Assembly: GCA_951406725.2 (NCBI GenBank)
Contig: OX597833.1
Location: 32,302,001 to 32,366,000 of the forward strand
Origin: Octopus vulgaris
Taxonomy: Eukaryota
Length of the DNA stretch: 64,000 nucleotides
Direction: 5' to 3'
Shown here: positions 26,126 through 38,613 of the stretch, piece by piece
Layout: each line of letters opens with the position of its first letter
Position numbering within the stretch: position 1 is the first letter of the stretch
Position numbers and translations under genes: made by a program
Notes under the pieces: generated by a model
Database searches by the model: none
Seen by the model: the letters and a program-made list of their open reading frames with translations, nothing else
What the model was told of the DNA's origin: nothing

Positions 26126-26795
26126 CCCTTTCGTTACTATGTTTCTGACCAAAATACACCCCTTATGTGTTTCAATTAATTTCTAACGTAATCATAAATT
26201 TAGTCTGGTTTCATTAAACAACTATAACTTTTTTATTTATCAATATATTAACATGAATTTTGGAAGATAATTTAATGAAATGTTCTCAACCAATTCTATA
26301 CTATAATTTTTGTCACAAAGTGACTCTAATTGCAGGTAGATACAGGTAAATTCAACAAAATATAAAATTATTAAAATTTTGTTCAAACATCACTATAGAA
26401 AATGGGTTATTAGCTAATATTCAATTGGGTATACAACAAAATTTTACGATAGAATTTGTTATTCTGGGTAACTTTCTGATACCCATAATAATATTTATGG
26501 CAAAATAGGCCTTAATTTCATTTAAGGTTGTGGGAAATAACAAACTATCCTTTCTTTCGCTTTGTTTACGTTTAGCGTAACGGTTCGTTTCCGCCGTAAT
26601 GATTTCAAATGGGCTCATTCGAAAAAGTAAAAAGAAATAGTCTAAGGCTTTACTCTCCTGGGAAAGTCTGTGGCTTGGTCCAGTTTCTTCAGAAAAATCA
26701 CCGAAAGAAACAGTTTTTAAATTTTCATTCAATTCAGGTGCCAATTCATTTTCTTTATCGCTGTCGGAGCTCTCGGATTCACTGTTTTCACTTTA
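26126..26795 (-). mobile_element. piggyBac fragment: one terminus plus N-terminal transposase piece
   Basis: TTAA|CCCTTTCGTTAC terminus. ORF 26421-26744 contains LDYFFLLF..IITAETNRYA..TTLNEIKAYFAINIIMGI.KLP, typical of PGBD-type transposases. Confidence 0.8.
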
Positions 26796-26799
26796 ATCG

Positions 26800-26862
26800 T
26801 TGCACACTTGCAAAGAGACAGGAGGAGATATTAGGGTGATAGCATCAGTGAAGCAGATCGCT

Positions 26863-26916
<54 letters not shown>

Positions 26917-27131
26917 GCTATAGCCCACACTAAGAAAAGCACTTGACTAACACACCACAATGTGAGTTTTCTCTAAATTTTGCTTAATTGGGGTTGAAAT
27001 TTTAAAAACTGGACCTGGCACGACCCGATTTATTCTACTCTTAAAAATGCTAGGTAAATTGTAATTGAAGAAATCCTATATTGTAGATTTCTATAAGAGA
27101 CAAAGAGAGGCAGATAAAATATGCCTTTTAT

Positions 27132-27137
<6 letters not shown>
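26800..27137 (-). mobile_element. Third copy of the Helitron family A 5' end
   Basis: Reverse complement of ~16324-16655. Confidence 0.85.
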
Positions 27138-27183
<46 letters not shown>

Positions 27184-27187
<4 letters not shown>

Positions 27188-28330
27188 AAATAAAAACATG
27201 ATGCCAAGGATTCAGCGGTACATATGTTTCGGGCCTTTATTAGACGGATTTATAACAATGCATAATGTGTGTCTATGGCCTTCTTCAGCCGCGCACAACT
27301 ACTACCTCAAGGACATGTATTACATAAAAAATTCTACGTTGGGGATGCAAAACCTCTCATACGCGTACGACATAATGCGGCAACAGCATAAAAATGAAGC
27401 GTCCATCTCGTCCTTCTCTCAATGTAGAATGAGGAAGTTTGGATGTTGCGTATGCGTGCGTATATGTGCGCGTGTATATGGGTGTATGTATCCATGCGGG
27501 TACGTATGTACATGATGACCACTTAATACGTCACGAAGAACTAGATAAGCGGCTCAACAACTCTAATTTACAATACACTAGGTCCCCAGACGCCCCGGTT
27601 GATTTATGACACCCAAGGCTTCTACAACCAGAATTTGTCATTTTCCTGACCACCATGTTTGGTCTGTAACTACTATATATCCCTTATCCTTATATTCTTT
27701 TACATTCCTACACTCTTATACCCTTTATTCTTCTGATATTTTTTTTAATTTTTTTATTTTTACTTTTTATTTTTTATTTTATTTTTTTTATTTTTTTATT
27801 TTTTTATTTTTATTTTTTTATAACTTTATAACTTTATACCTTTATATTCATTTATATTTTTTTATATTTTTTATATCTCTTTATATCTTTATACTCTACA
27901 TTTTTATATTTTTCTATACTTACACTTTTTATATATTTTTTATCCTTCGTCCTGAATTCTCGCCCCTCCATCTTTATCTCTATTTGCTCTTATTACCAGG
28001 TTCCTTCACGTCTGTCTGTAATTTATATATGTATATATTTATTTATTCATTTATTTAGATTACCTCAACATCCAAACTTCCTCATTCTACATTGAGAGAA
28101 GGACGAGATGGACGCTTCATTTTTATGCTGTTGCCGCATTATGTCGTACGCGTATGAGAGGTTTTGCATCCCCAACGTAGAATGTTTGATGTAATACATG
28201 TCCTTGAGGTAGTAGTTGTGCGCGGCTGAAGAAGGCCATAGACACACATTATGCATTGTTATAAATCCGTCTAATAAAGGCCCGAAACATATGTACCGCT
28301 GAATCCTTGGCATCATGTTTTTATTTTGAT
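27184..28330. repeat. 265-bp inverted repeat (27184-27448 / 28066-28330) around a ~620-bp spacer, Penelope-like architecture
   Basis: The arms differ at only about 2 positions by eye. Each arm carries a degenerate HHR-like motif, CTAATAA-AGGCCC-GAAACATATGTA-CCG (28271-28298). Confidence 0.9.
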
Positions 28331-28401
28331 TAATTTACTCCACCACCTACACCACCAAACGGTATATACAGGTGCTTACAATTATCAAGTACTCACCCTG
28401 A

Positions 28402-28464
<63 letters not shown>

Positions 28465-29267
28465 TACACATATATGTATACATATATATATATATACACA
28501 TATATACACATATATGTACATATATATATATATATATATACATATATACACATGCATGTACATATATATATATATACATATATACACATATATACATATA
28601 TACGTATACATACATACACATACATAGAAGCATGCATCAGTACACACATGTATGCATTTTCCACTCCACTCCATGTGGAGCGGAAAGGGAGGAGGAAAGA
28701 TGAGAAAAAGACCCCTCTAAAATAAAGGGTGCAACCGAGATGAAGTTTGTCTTCATGGTGATCATTATCCAAAAGCCCGTCTCATATATATATAATGATG
28801 TTCAGTCCACTTTTCGTCTCCCGAATTGCATTCATAAGACTTTGACCTACTTCAATCTTATAGCAGAGACGAGTCTATTAAAGAAGTTCAAGCTAACGCT
28901 GAAGTGGGTTCCTACTCAGCACCCACGTAATTGTGAACAGAACTTCTTAATCACACTGCTTGGCAAACGCTCGTAAGTGGGTGGTGAAATTGCTATTTCA
29001 ATTCCGCTGCCGTTCTGGGCGTGTAACTATGCTGGCGAAGACGGGGTTGATGCCGTCCCTCGAAGAAGCGGGAACTTGGTTAGGTCACTGGACAAACATG
29101 TTGGTTAAATAACAGTTAACCAATTATTCAAAACTTGTAGGAAGCAAAAAACAAAACAAAAAAATTTCACAGTGAATTTACAACAGCTGCTTCATATTCT
29201 GCTTACACTTGTCATAGAGATAACATTGGTTGCCTTTCTTTCCTTTTTGATTTTCTTTGTGATTTTT

Positions 29268-29307
<40 letters not shown>

Positions 29308-29485
29308 TTCCCCTTGTTTCTTTATATCCATATCTTTTCCTCACTTAATGTATGTATGTATGTATGTATGTATGTATGTATGTATGTATGTATGTATCTT
29401 TATAATCAAGGATAAGATCTATATAAGATTTTATCAATTAGCCAGCATTATTATCAATAAACCATATTGGTAACAATTAATACAA

Positions 29486-29740
29486 AATATTTAATTATAG
29501 CAAGGGCACTAATGATTAGCACCACATGCTAGAAATAGACACCAAATGGCTCTAAGAACTACATTATTTACCACGTTGACACGGGCTGAAAGCGAGGGAA
29601 AGGAACAAATGAAAAAAAAAAATTTTTTTTTCATTTCCCTCACTTTCCAATGAGGTAAGTAATGTAGTTCTTAAGCCATTTGGCATCTATTTCTAGGTTC
29701 TGGCGTTAGTTATTAGTGCCCTTACTATAATTATATTTAT
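29486..29740. repeat. Imperfect foldback element
   Basis: TAATTATAGCAAGGGCACTAAT...CTAGAAATAGACACCAAATGGC...AAGAACTACATTA is mirrored by TAATGTAGTTCTT..GCCATTTGGCATCTATTTCTAG...ATTAGTGCCCTTACTATAATTA. Confidence 0.85.
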
Positions 29741-29767
29741 ATAATTATATATTAATATGTACGTATT

Positions 29768-29801
<34 letters not shown>

Positions 29802-30427
29802 TGTATGTATACTCTGGGGGTGGGGATTCAGCTGATAATGAAAAATGAGACGGTTCCGTAATCTCGACTGAGAGCAAAAAGAGACGGGAGTTAATTGGGG
29901 CAAGGGCACTAAACCTTTTATGTGTGTGTCTATGTGGAGGGAATTAAGTGGTACATGTGCACTAAAAGTTTGCCTGTGTGGGAGTGGATATAAGGGATTC
30001 GACATTGAAAGTTTTGCAGCATCTTTCATCCTTTTTCCAAGTGTGTGAATTGATGACAAGAGAGAGGGGTGGGGGAGAAAGAGGTAAGTAAATTGGTAGG
30101 TAGGTAGGTATGTATGTATGTGAGTAGGTAGGTAGGTAGGTTGATGGAGGGAAGACAAGCAGATAATTAAAACCAAGGTTTAAATAAATGGAATTGTATA
30201 GGTGTGTAATGGGGATTGTGAAAGAGTGTGTGAAAGAGAGACAGGGAGAGATAGAGAGCACGTCCATTTTCGTGTGTGACTTTAGTCAATGAGTAAGAAA
30301 GACTTTGAGAGAGTAAGAGAGAATGGGGAATGGGACGAAAAGTAAGAGATGGACAGCAACATTAACGAAGAACCAAAGTATCGAGAAAAAGAACGAAAAT
30401 ATAAAGACAGTAGATGGTTGGAAAGAC

Positions 30428-30655
<228 letters not shown>

Positions 30656-30778
30656 TATGTATATATAGGTTCAGTAAAATTTAGGTTCAGATTAATATGG
30701 TACTTAAGTTAAAGACACCATATAATTCAAAATGGGATGATTATAATCAAAATTTCCTTGTTGCTTATTTTGATTATA

Positions 30779-30866
<88 letters not shown>

Positions 30867-30869
<3 letters not shown>

Positions 30870-30997
30870 AAGCTTTATGAAAATAGACAAAAGACGAAGG
30901 CAGGTGGAAAACAAACAAACAATTGTATTAGTATGGCGCTCAGGAAATATAAATAAAACAAGTCTTTAACGTTTCGAGCCTACGCTCTTCAACAGAA

Positions 30998-31000
<3 letters not shown>
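30867..31000 (-). mobile_element. pLTR-like remnant starting with a minimal HHR-like fold (30963-31000), between (TA)n tracts
   Basis: TCTTT-CTGTTGA-a-GAGC(GTAG)GCTC-GAA-ACGT-T-AAAGA. Related to 1015-1200 and 34440-34570. Confidence 0.6.
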
Positions 31001-31036
<36 letters not shown>

Positions 31037-31142
31037 TTTGCTTGTGAGTGCCCTATCTCAATATCTCACTCTCTCTCTCCTTCTCTCACTCTATATATAT
31101 ACATACATATATATATATATGTATATATATGTTTATATATAC

Positions 31143-31198
<56 letters not shown>

Positions 31199-31270
31199 TG
31201 AAATAAATATATATATATATAGATAGATAGATAGATAGATAGACATACACACATGTGCGTACCCATAGCC

Positions 31271-31310
<40 letters not shown>

Positions 31311-31319
31311 ATTATATCT

Positions 31320-31735
31320 TTTTTTCTTTTAGCTCTTTTACTTGTTTCAGTCATTAGACTGCGGTCATGCTGGGTTACAGCCTTGAGTTTTTAGTCGGAT
31401 GTATCGACCCCAGGACTTATCCTTTTAAAGCCGGCTACTTATTCTATCGGCTCCTTTTTGCCGAACTGGTATGTTACGAAGGTGTAAACAGACCAACATC
31501 GGTTGTGAAGGAGTGGTTGGGGACAATCAGACAGATACACACGCGCGCGCGCGCACACACACACACACATACGGTGGGCTTCTTTCAGTTTCCGCCTACC
31601 AAATCTATTTACAAGGCTTTGGTCGGCCCGAGGCTATAGTAAAAGACACTTGCCCAAGATGACACGAAGTGGGATTGAACCTGGAACAATATAGCTGGAA
31701 AGCAAATTTCTTACCACACAGTTACGCCTGCGCCA
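31320..31735 (-). mobile_element. SINE family 1, diverged full-length copy
   Basis: Head and tail are both recognisable. Confidence 0.85.
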
Positions 31736-32096
31736 ATATATAGCGATGAGTGTAGTAGTAGTAGTAGTGATAGTAGTAGCAGCCTTTAATATATATAATT
31801 ATACATCCAGACAGCTATGTACAGAAACAGACAGAAGAAAGAGAAAGAGGGAGAAAGAAAGAGAAAGAGAGAGAGAGAGAGGGAGAGAGAGAGAGAGAGA
31901 GAGAGGGGGGGAAAGGCGAGACAGATAAAGTGATTGATAGGTAATATAAGGGGCCCAACTACTATATTTGAAGAGACCCTGAAACATGTGACATGTGAAT
32001 CACGTGTGGTACGTGTTCAGAACCCTATAATGAAAAGGGGTTAATAGTACAACTATTGGGAAATTTTCCACCCAATTGTTTAGTGTCTGCTGCTGC

Positions 32097-32148
32097 CACC
32101 ACCACCACCACCACCACCACCACCACCACCACCACCACCACCACCACC

Positions 32149-32192
<44 letters not shown>
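32097..32192. repeat. (CAC)n(TAC)n trinucleotide repeat with degenerate extension to ~32380
   Basis: Direct reading. Confidence 0.95.
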
Positions 32193-34280
32193 GACCTCTA
32201 CCGTTACAACCATCACTTATCCATCACCAGCCCCAACACCTGCAACACTACCGCCACGACCATTACCACTACCAGCACCATCAGCACCAACAGCAGCAGC
32301 AGCACCACCACCACCAACAGCAGAAGCAGCAGCAGCACCACCAACACTACCTCCACCGCCGCTGTTACTATCACCACTGTTATTTCACCTCTAAGGATAG
32401 GGCTGAAAGTCCGAAAAATACAACATATTTGTAGTAACAGTAACTGATTACAGAGTTTTAACTATTGAGAAATTTAACTTACAGAGGCAGTGTTTCTCAT
32501 AGCGGAGGCGTTGATGAAACAGAAACTTCTTAGTGAGGTCGAGGATTTGTGAGGATTGAAATATGGTCTGGACAAGTAGCCATAATATAATTAAGCTACG
32601 TATATATTGTCCTTTCTGCTCTCAAACTTATTCCAACTCTACCGAACTTTCTTTGTCTGCTTATTAATAAAGAACTCAAAAGACTTTCACCGAGAACCTC
32701 TGTACCGAGGTGCTAACGATTCTGTCAGCTTGTCGCCTTGCTGTGCCAACACATTGAAACGTTCAGAAACTTCAGCCAACAATGGAATATTTAATTATTC
32801 AGTAATTTAGCCTATCAAGGAAACAGTTAATTACAAATAACTCGTAAGACTCTTTACCCTACATATATATCTAAACACTTAAGATGTGTCCCCAGATGTC
32901 ACACTAAACGAAACGGCACATACAGACCCATGCGCTGTCATATCAGAGCATAGATAGTGACCAGAGCTCTAATGGTTATTTCTAATATGATTAAAACACG
33001 TACGAGATGATGAAGATCGCCAAATGATTGAACAATCTAAAAGACTCGCTGTTGTACCTTTCAAGAACTTTATATCTTTAGACACTTGACATAGTGTTAC
33101 CTAGAAGATATGTTTGTTTACGACGTAGTTTTCTTATAAAATAATGAAGCATATTAGATTGATAAATTTTAATCACGAGTACAAGCCATGAATTCGCTTG
33201 AAAAACAGCAGCGATAAGATAAAAAAGATTATTCCTGGGATAGGCAATTCTCTCTGCCTTAAGGCCCAGTCAGGGTCATTAGTATTAAACTGATTTACGT
33301 TTATCGTGATCTTGGTGATGCTCTTATTTAGGAATTCCCTTGTAATAATTCTTTCTGGTGTTATTGACTTTACAGTAGGGTCTTCCATCTAATTTTGGAT
33401 ATGTTGCCGTGCCAACTTTCGTGGCTCTTCAAACTCTTACTACCAACTTCTTCAAGTCGTCTACATTGGTATTTTGCATTCTTCCTTCATTGACCACTTC
33501 AACGATGTCGTTGATGACTGCTCGTACCCGTTTTTATTTTGAAATTCCAGAAATTCATTGAAGCTTTATTTCAGACAGTTATCAAGATATAATATTTACC
33601 CTTCATGATATAGTAGGTTTTCTCTAATAGATTGTTTATTTTAGTCATCTTCAAGAAGTCGTGTAATAGTACAACGAAACAAGGAATACGCTCCCCATCT
33701 ATAAGTTGTAATAAGGAATTAGTGTTTTATTGTGGGTAATCTATTTCGATTAGCAACGCATGTTTCAAGGCTGTCGAAATTCTGAGTGGCAGGTTCGAGC
33801 ACCATCACTCATTAAAAATACCTAAGGTCTATGGCTATGTTCTTCGCAATATCTTTTCACTTCTGTACAAAATCAGTCTTATGATATTCCTCAGCATTAG
33901 TCATGGTGCTTCTGAATGATAAAAAAAACATTAGCTTTAGTTTGAAGTTACTTGGAGCAACTGATGTTTATATCTCTCGTGAGACACTGACAAACTGAGA
34001 CATGCATGCATAGATAGAAGCTATGTGTGTATTTCTGTACACCACTACAAAACGGTGGGTAGAGTTGCGTTCATTAATAACCAAACGTGTCTTGCACAAA
34101 CGTAAGAGATCGGCGTGGCATCTTGGGAAAGTGTTTTCTACTATAGTGTCGGGCCGACTAAGGACTTGTGATGGGACTTGGTAGATGGTAACTTAAAGAG
34201 GCCTGTAGTACATACATACATACATACATACATACATACATACATACATACATACATACACACATATATATACATATGTG

Positions 34281-34393
<113 letters not shown>

Positions 34394-34397
34394 GTAT

Positions 34398-34440
<43 letters not shown>

Positions 34441-34566
34441 AGAGGAGTGTTTGCTCGAAACGTTAATCCATCTTTCTTTCCTTCCCTGAGCGTCTGCTAA
34501 TACTTTACATGTGCCACACCCTCACGTCGTTGTTGTTTCCTTGTGTTTATTCTTAATTTGGGGATT

Positions 34567-34625
<59 letters not shown>

Positions 34626-34644
34626 CACACATATGTATATATAT

Positions 34645-34852
34645 CTTTTACTTGTTTCAGTCATTTGACTGTGGCCATGCTGGAGCACCGCCTTTAGTCG
34701 AGTAAATCGACCCCAGGACTTATTCTTTGTAAGCCTAGTACTTATTCTATCGGTCTCTTTTGCCGAACGCTAGTTTACGGGGCCATAAACGCACCAGCAT
34801 CGGTTGTCAAGCGATGTTGGGAGTACAAACACAGACACACAAACATATACAG

Positions 34853-34902
<50 letters not shown>

Positions 34903-35045
34903 TTACATACATACATATATACGACGGGCTTCTTTCAGTTTTCGTCTACCAAATCCACAAACAAGGCTTTGGTCGGCCCGAGGCTATAGTAGAAGACAAT
35001 TGCCCAAGGTGCCACGCAGTGGGAATGAACCTGGAACCATGTGTT
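34645..35045 (-). mobile_element. SINE family 1 copy
   Basis: Matches 10917-11313. Confidence 0.88.
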
Positions 35046-35050
35046 GAAGC

Positions 35051-35765
35051 ATTGAATATTAATTTGATTAATATCGATTAAAAACCAGTGGTCTAGCATA
35101 TTGAAAAATCTGAAGATTCAGAAAAATTATATTACATACATAAAAGTGGGATGACCACTAAGTGGACATCCATTATGCTAGAAGTAGACGCCCTATGATC
35201 TTCCCACTAAGAAAGGATTGTTCTCAAGAAAATTTAGCAAACGCCAGAAAGTAAGCGAGCAAGACAAATGAAAAGATACAAAATATAACCTGATTTCGTT
35301 GCTACCACTTACGTAATTACTTACGTAATTGTCCGCAACTCATCAGTGAGATCATCAAAGCAAAATATAATTTGCAGAACTATGCACGAGGCGTCCGCAT
35401 GAGATTGAATATGTATACAGTTCTACCAATTACATTTAGGGTTATCTTTCAAAAGTCTTCGTTTTGGCGCGCCAAAATACCGGAAATAATTTTGCAGAAA
35501 ATAATTCTCCGTAGTGAATTTTGCCGGTTAGAGACTATAGTTATTTAAATTTTAATTTAAAATAGTAAAGGTGAAAAATTGAATATTAATTTAATATTAA
35601 TTTAAAACCAGTGGTCTAGCATATTGAAAAATCTGAAGATTCAGAAAAATTATATTACATACATATAAGAGGGATGACCACTAAGCGGACATCCATTATG
35701 CTAGAAGTAGACCCCCTATGGTCTTACCACTAAAAAAGATTGTTCCCAAGGGAATTTAGCAAACG
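35051..35765 (-). mobile_element. Direct-repeat element (35051-35243 / 35578-35765) with internal HHR-like motif, retrozyme/pLTR-like
   Basis: ~190-bp direct repeats. The minus strand at 35289-35360 reads CTGATGA-GTTGC...GCAAC-GAAA. Confidence 0.65.
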
Positions 35766-36053
35766 TCTTTGGCTGCAGTTTCATGTAGGTGATGTGGTTT
35801 AGCACCAGGTCAGTTTTGATTGAGCAAACCCCATGATTAAAATCATTGCAAATCATCCCAAAACGCTTTACTTTTTGTCTTTTAGATAAGGTGATTCCTA
35901 GACTGCGTCATTTAATATGTTCTTTTGTTAATATGATTAGTTGTCATTTAAGAGCGAGTTCGTAGCTCTTTCTTACTGGTCAAGAGATAACTAATCGGTT
36001 GTTTTCACTGAATAGGTCTTCTAGATGTATGTACATATATATGTATGTATGTA

Positions 36054-36126
<73 letters not shown>

Positions 36127-36694
36127 CGTGTTGGTTTCGTCTACTTATATTACAGAAACAACGGGGCTGCCGAATGTACGGGGAAAGTTTACTGGAAGCA
36201 ACAGCTGGAAGGTTTCTCAGAGAAGAAGTCAGAGAAATACAGGTTTGTACGTATATTTAGCAGAAGAGATGCTACAGGTGAGACTGAATGAAAGTGAGAG
36301 TAGCAGTGAGAGGAAAACTAAAGAAAAAAAAAAGACGCGCGCATGCGTACACACAATCACTAATATAAAAATATATGTGTGCATGTATGTATGTGTGTGC
36401 ATATGTGCGCGCGCGCGTGTGTGTGTATTTCTTCATAGTTTTAAACTGAAGATCAAAAGGAGCCTAGTTCACACGGAGGTTTCGGCACCTGGTGAGTGGT
36501 CTATACAGTGTAAATACCAATGCCCCAGCGTGGCCACTGGTTCTGGGCTGCAACATGTTAAACATAAAGGAATAAATTATATTCTAGATACTTATTGGGA
36601 TACAGATACATACAAACCTGTACCTATACCTACATACATACGTACATATATATATGTATATACATGCATACATACATACATACATACCTATACC

Positions 36695-36760
<66 letters not shown>

Positions 36761-36839
36761 CGTGTGTGTGTATGTATGTATGTATATATGTATAAATATA
36801 TATATATATATACATAAAGTTTATAATTATACCATATGT

Positions 36840-36877
<38 letters not shown>

Positions 36878-36880
36878 CAC

Positions 36881-36929
<49 letters not shown>

Positions 36930-37158
36930 TATATACATATATATACATATGTATATGTAAATATAAATACTACCAGTAAGTTATATTCTATATACATTTA
37001 TATTCATGCCCATATATATTTACAGTTATGTAAATATATTTACATATTATATAAAGGATATGTACATATATGTATACATACATACATATATATGTGTATA
37101 TATACCTATATATATAACACATACACATATATATATATATGTATATATATAAAACACA

Positions 37159-37213
<55 letters not shown>

Positions 37214-37461
37214 ATGTATGTATGTATGTATGTATGTATGTATGTATGTATATATACGTGTCTGTGTGTCTGGTTAGATACGCGCGCACACACACACGCA
37301 ATCGTTTATATGTGTGTGTGTGTGCGCGCGCATGTGGCGCAGGCCTTGCACTCAGCTTACCCCAGTAATTTTCCATGACGCAACCGCACCATCACTAGCA
37401 GCAGTGGCAGTAATAGTAGTGACCGCAGTTATGAACTGCAACACTCTTCAGCAGCAACGTT

Positions 37462-37463
<2 letters not shown>

Positions 37464-37506
<43 letters not shown>

Positions 37507-37562
37507 AGAAGAAGAAGAAGAAGAAGAAGAAGAAGAAGAAGAAGAAGAAGAAGAAGAAGATG
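37464..37562. repeat. (CAG)n(GAA)n trinucleotide repeat
   Basis: Direct reading. Confidence 0.95.
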
Positions 37563-38545
37563 TAGAAGAAGACGAAGAAGTAGAAGAAGGAGTGATGAGG
37601 AGGTGAATAAAGAATAAAAGGAAGCGGGAGACGAAATCGTAGGGTCAGGCTGTTACCTTGAAATACAAAACTCGTTATTTAGCCAGACCAAAAACGGTCG
37701 CTCGAACCGCTGGCAATAATAACTAAATTTCCCTCCAATCTCCCCCACCACACAAACCGTCTGAAAAAGATTTTTTTAAAAACCTATCGGATAATATAAT
37801 CCTAGTTATACAATATCTGAAAACCATGTAAGGGTAGGATAGCGGGAGAGAATAACAGGTGACAGTAATGGAAATAGCTGAGGTGGCAAATAAGACATGA
37901 TTAAGGCACCGATGGTTAGATTCCAACCGTGACCGTCTCTTCGCTTTGTATATCCAGGACTGTATTGCCTTGGTAGTGGTGGGAGTAGTAGTAATAGTAA
38001 TGGTGGTTGTCAGGCAAATGATTAAATACATACCAGCCATGACCATCACGACCTTCTCCCCGTCCTTTTATACCTAGGACTACATTATTTAATAATTTCG
38101 AAGATGGTAGGATACAATATGGCGGAAATTTGGGGGATGCTATTTCTAATCGCTAGGTGACCACGTAGGGGCTCTTGTAGTCGAAGTAGTGTTAGGGTAA
38201 AGCGGGATATTGATTGTGCTGGCGGTAGGACGATGGTAAATTATGACAAATAGTAGTAGTAGTAGTAGTTTTAGTACTAGATACAGTGGTGATCATGTGT
38301 TCTTTTTAGTGTTTAGCTCTACAGCCAGCTGTGATCGATGGGACGTTTATATATTTAAAGGTGTTTTACACGTGCCTCCGCCCTCAACTTTATTTATATT
38401 GTTTGTTTATCAGAATACAATACAATGTACAGCCATCCATCTCTCACTTACTCACTAGCATGGCTTGCTAGCATGTACCATGCTTTCGCCAATTGTTTTA
38501 GGTGCCTATAAAGCGGCAATCAGAAATAGATCTCCCCTTATCTAT

Positions 38546-38613
<68 letters not shown>

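Noticed and set aside
27530-27640. Possible GIY-YIG C-terminal remnant (MTPK..N) in the inverted-repeat spacer
   Set aside because: The similarity is too short and frameshifted to support a Penelope ORF call.
27198-28316. Two nearly identical ORFs ([12 protein letters not shown]...) on opposite strands
   Set aside because: They are a by-product of the inverted repeat, with no recognisable domain or splice structure.
29528-29540. GCTAGAAATAG resembles the Cas9 sgRNA scaffold
   Set aside because: The match is short and the flanks do not continue the scaffold. It belongs to the native repeat motif described above.
32056-32447. Poly-His/Thr/Pro-rich ORFs
   Set aside because: They arise from CAC/TAC/CAG trinucleotide expansion, with no exon evidence.
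33173-33700. Possible RT relic on the minus strand (ALRQRELPIPG, resembling GLRQGD)
   Set aside because: Too degenerate to assign with confidence by eye; needs a tBLASTn or HMM search.
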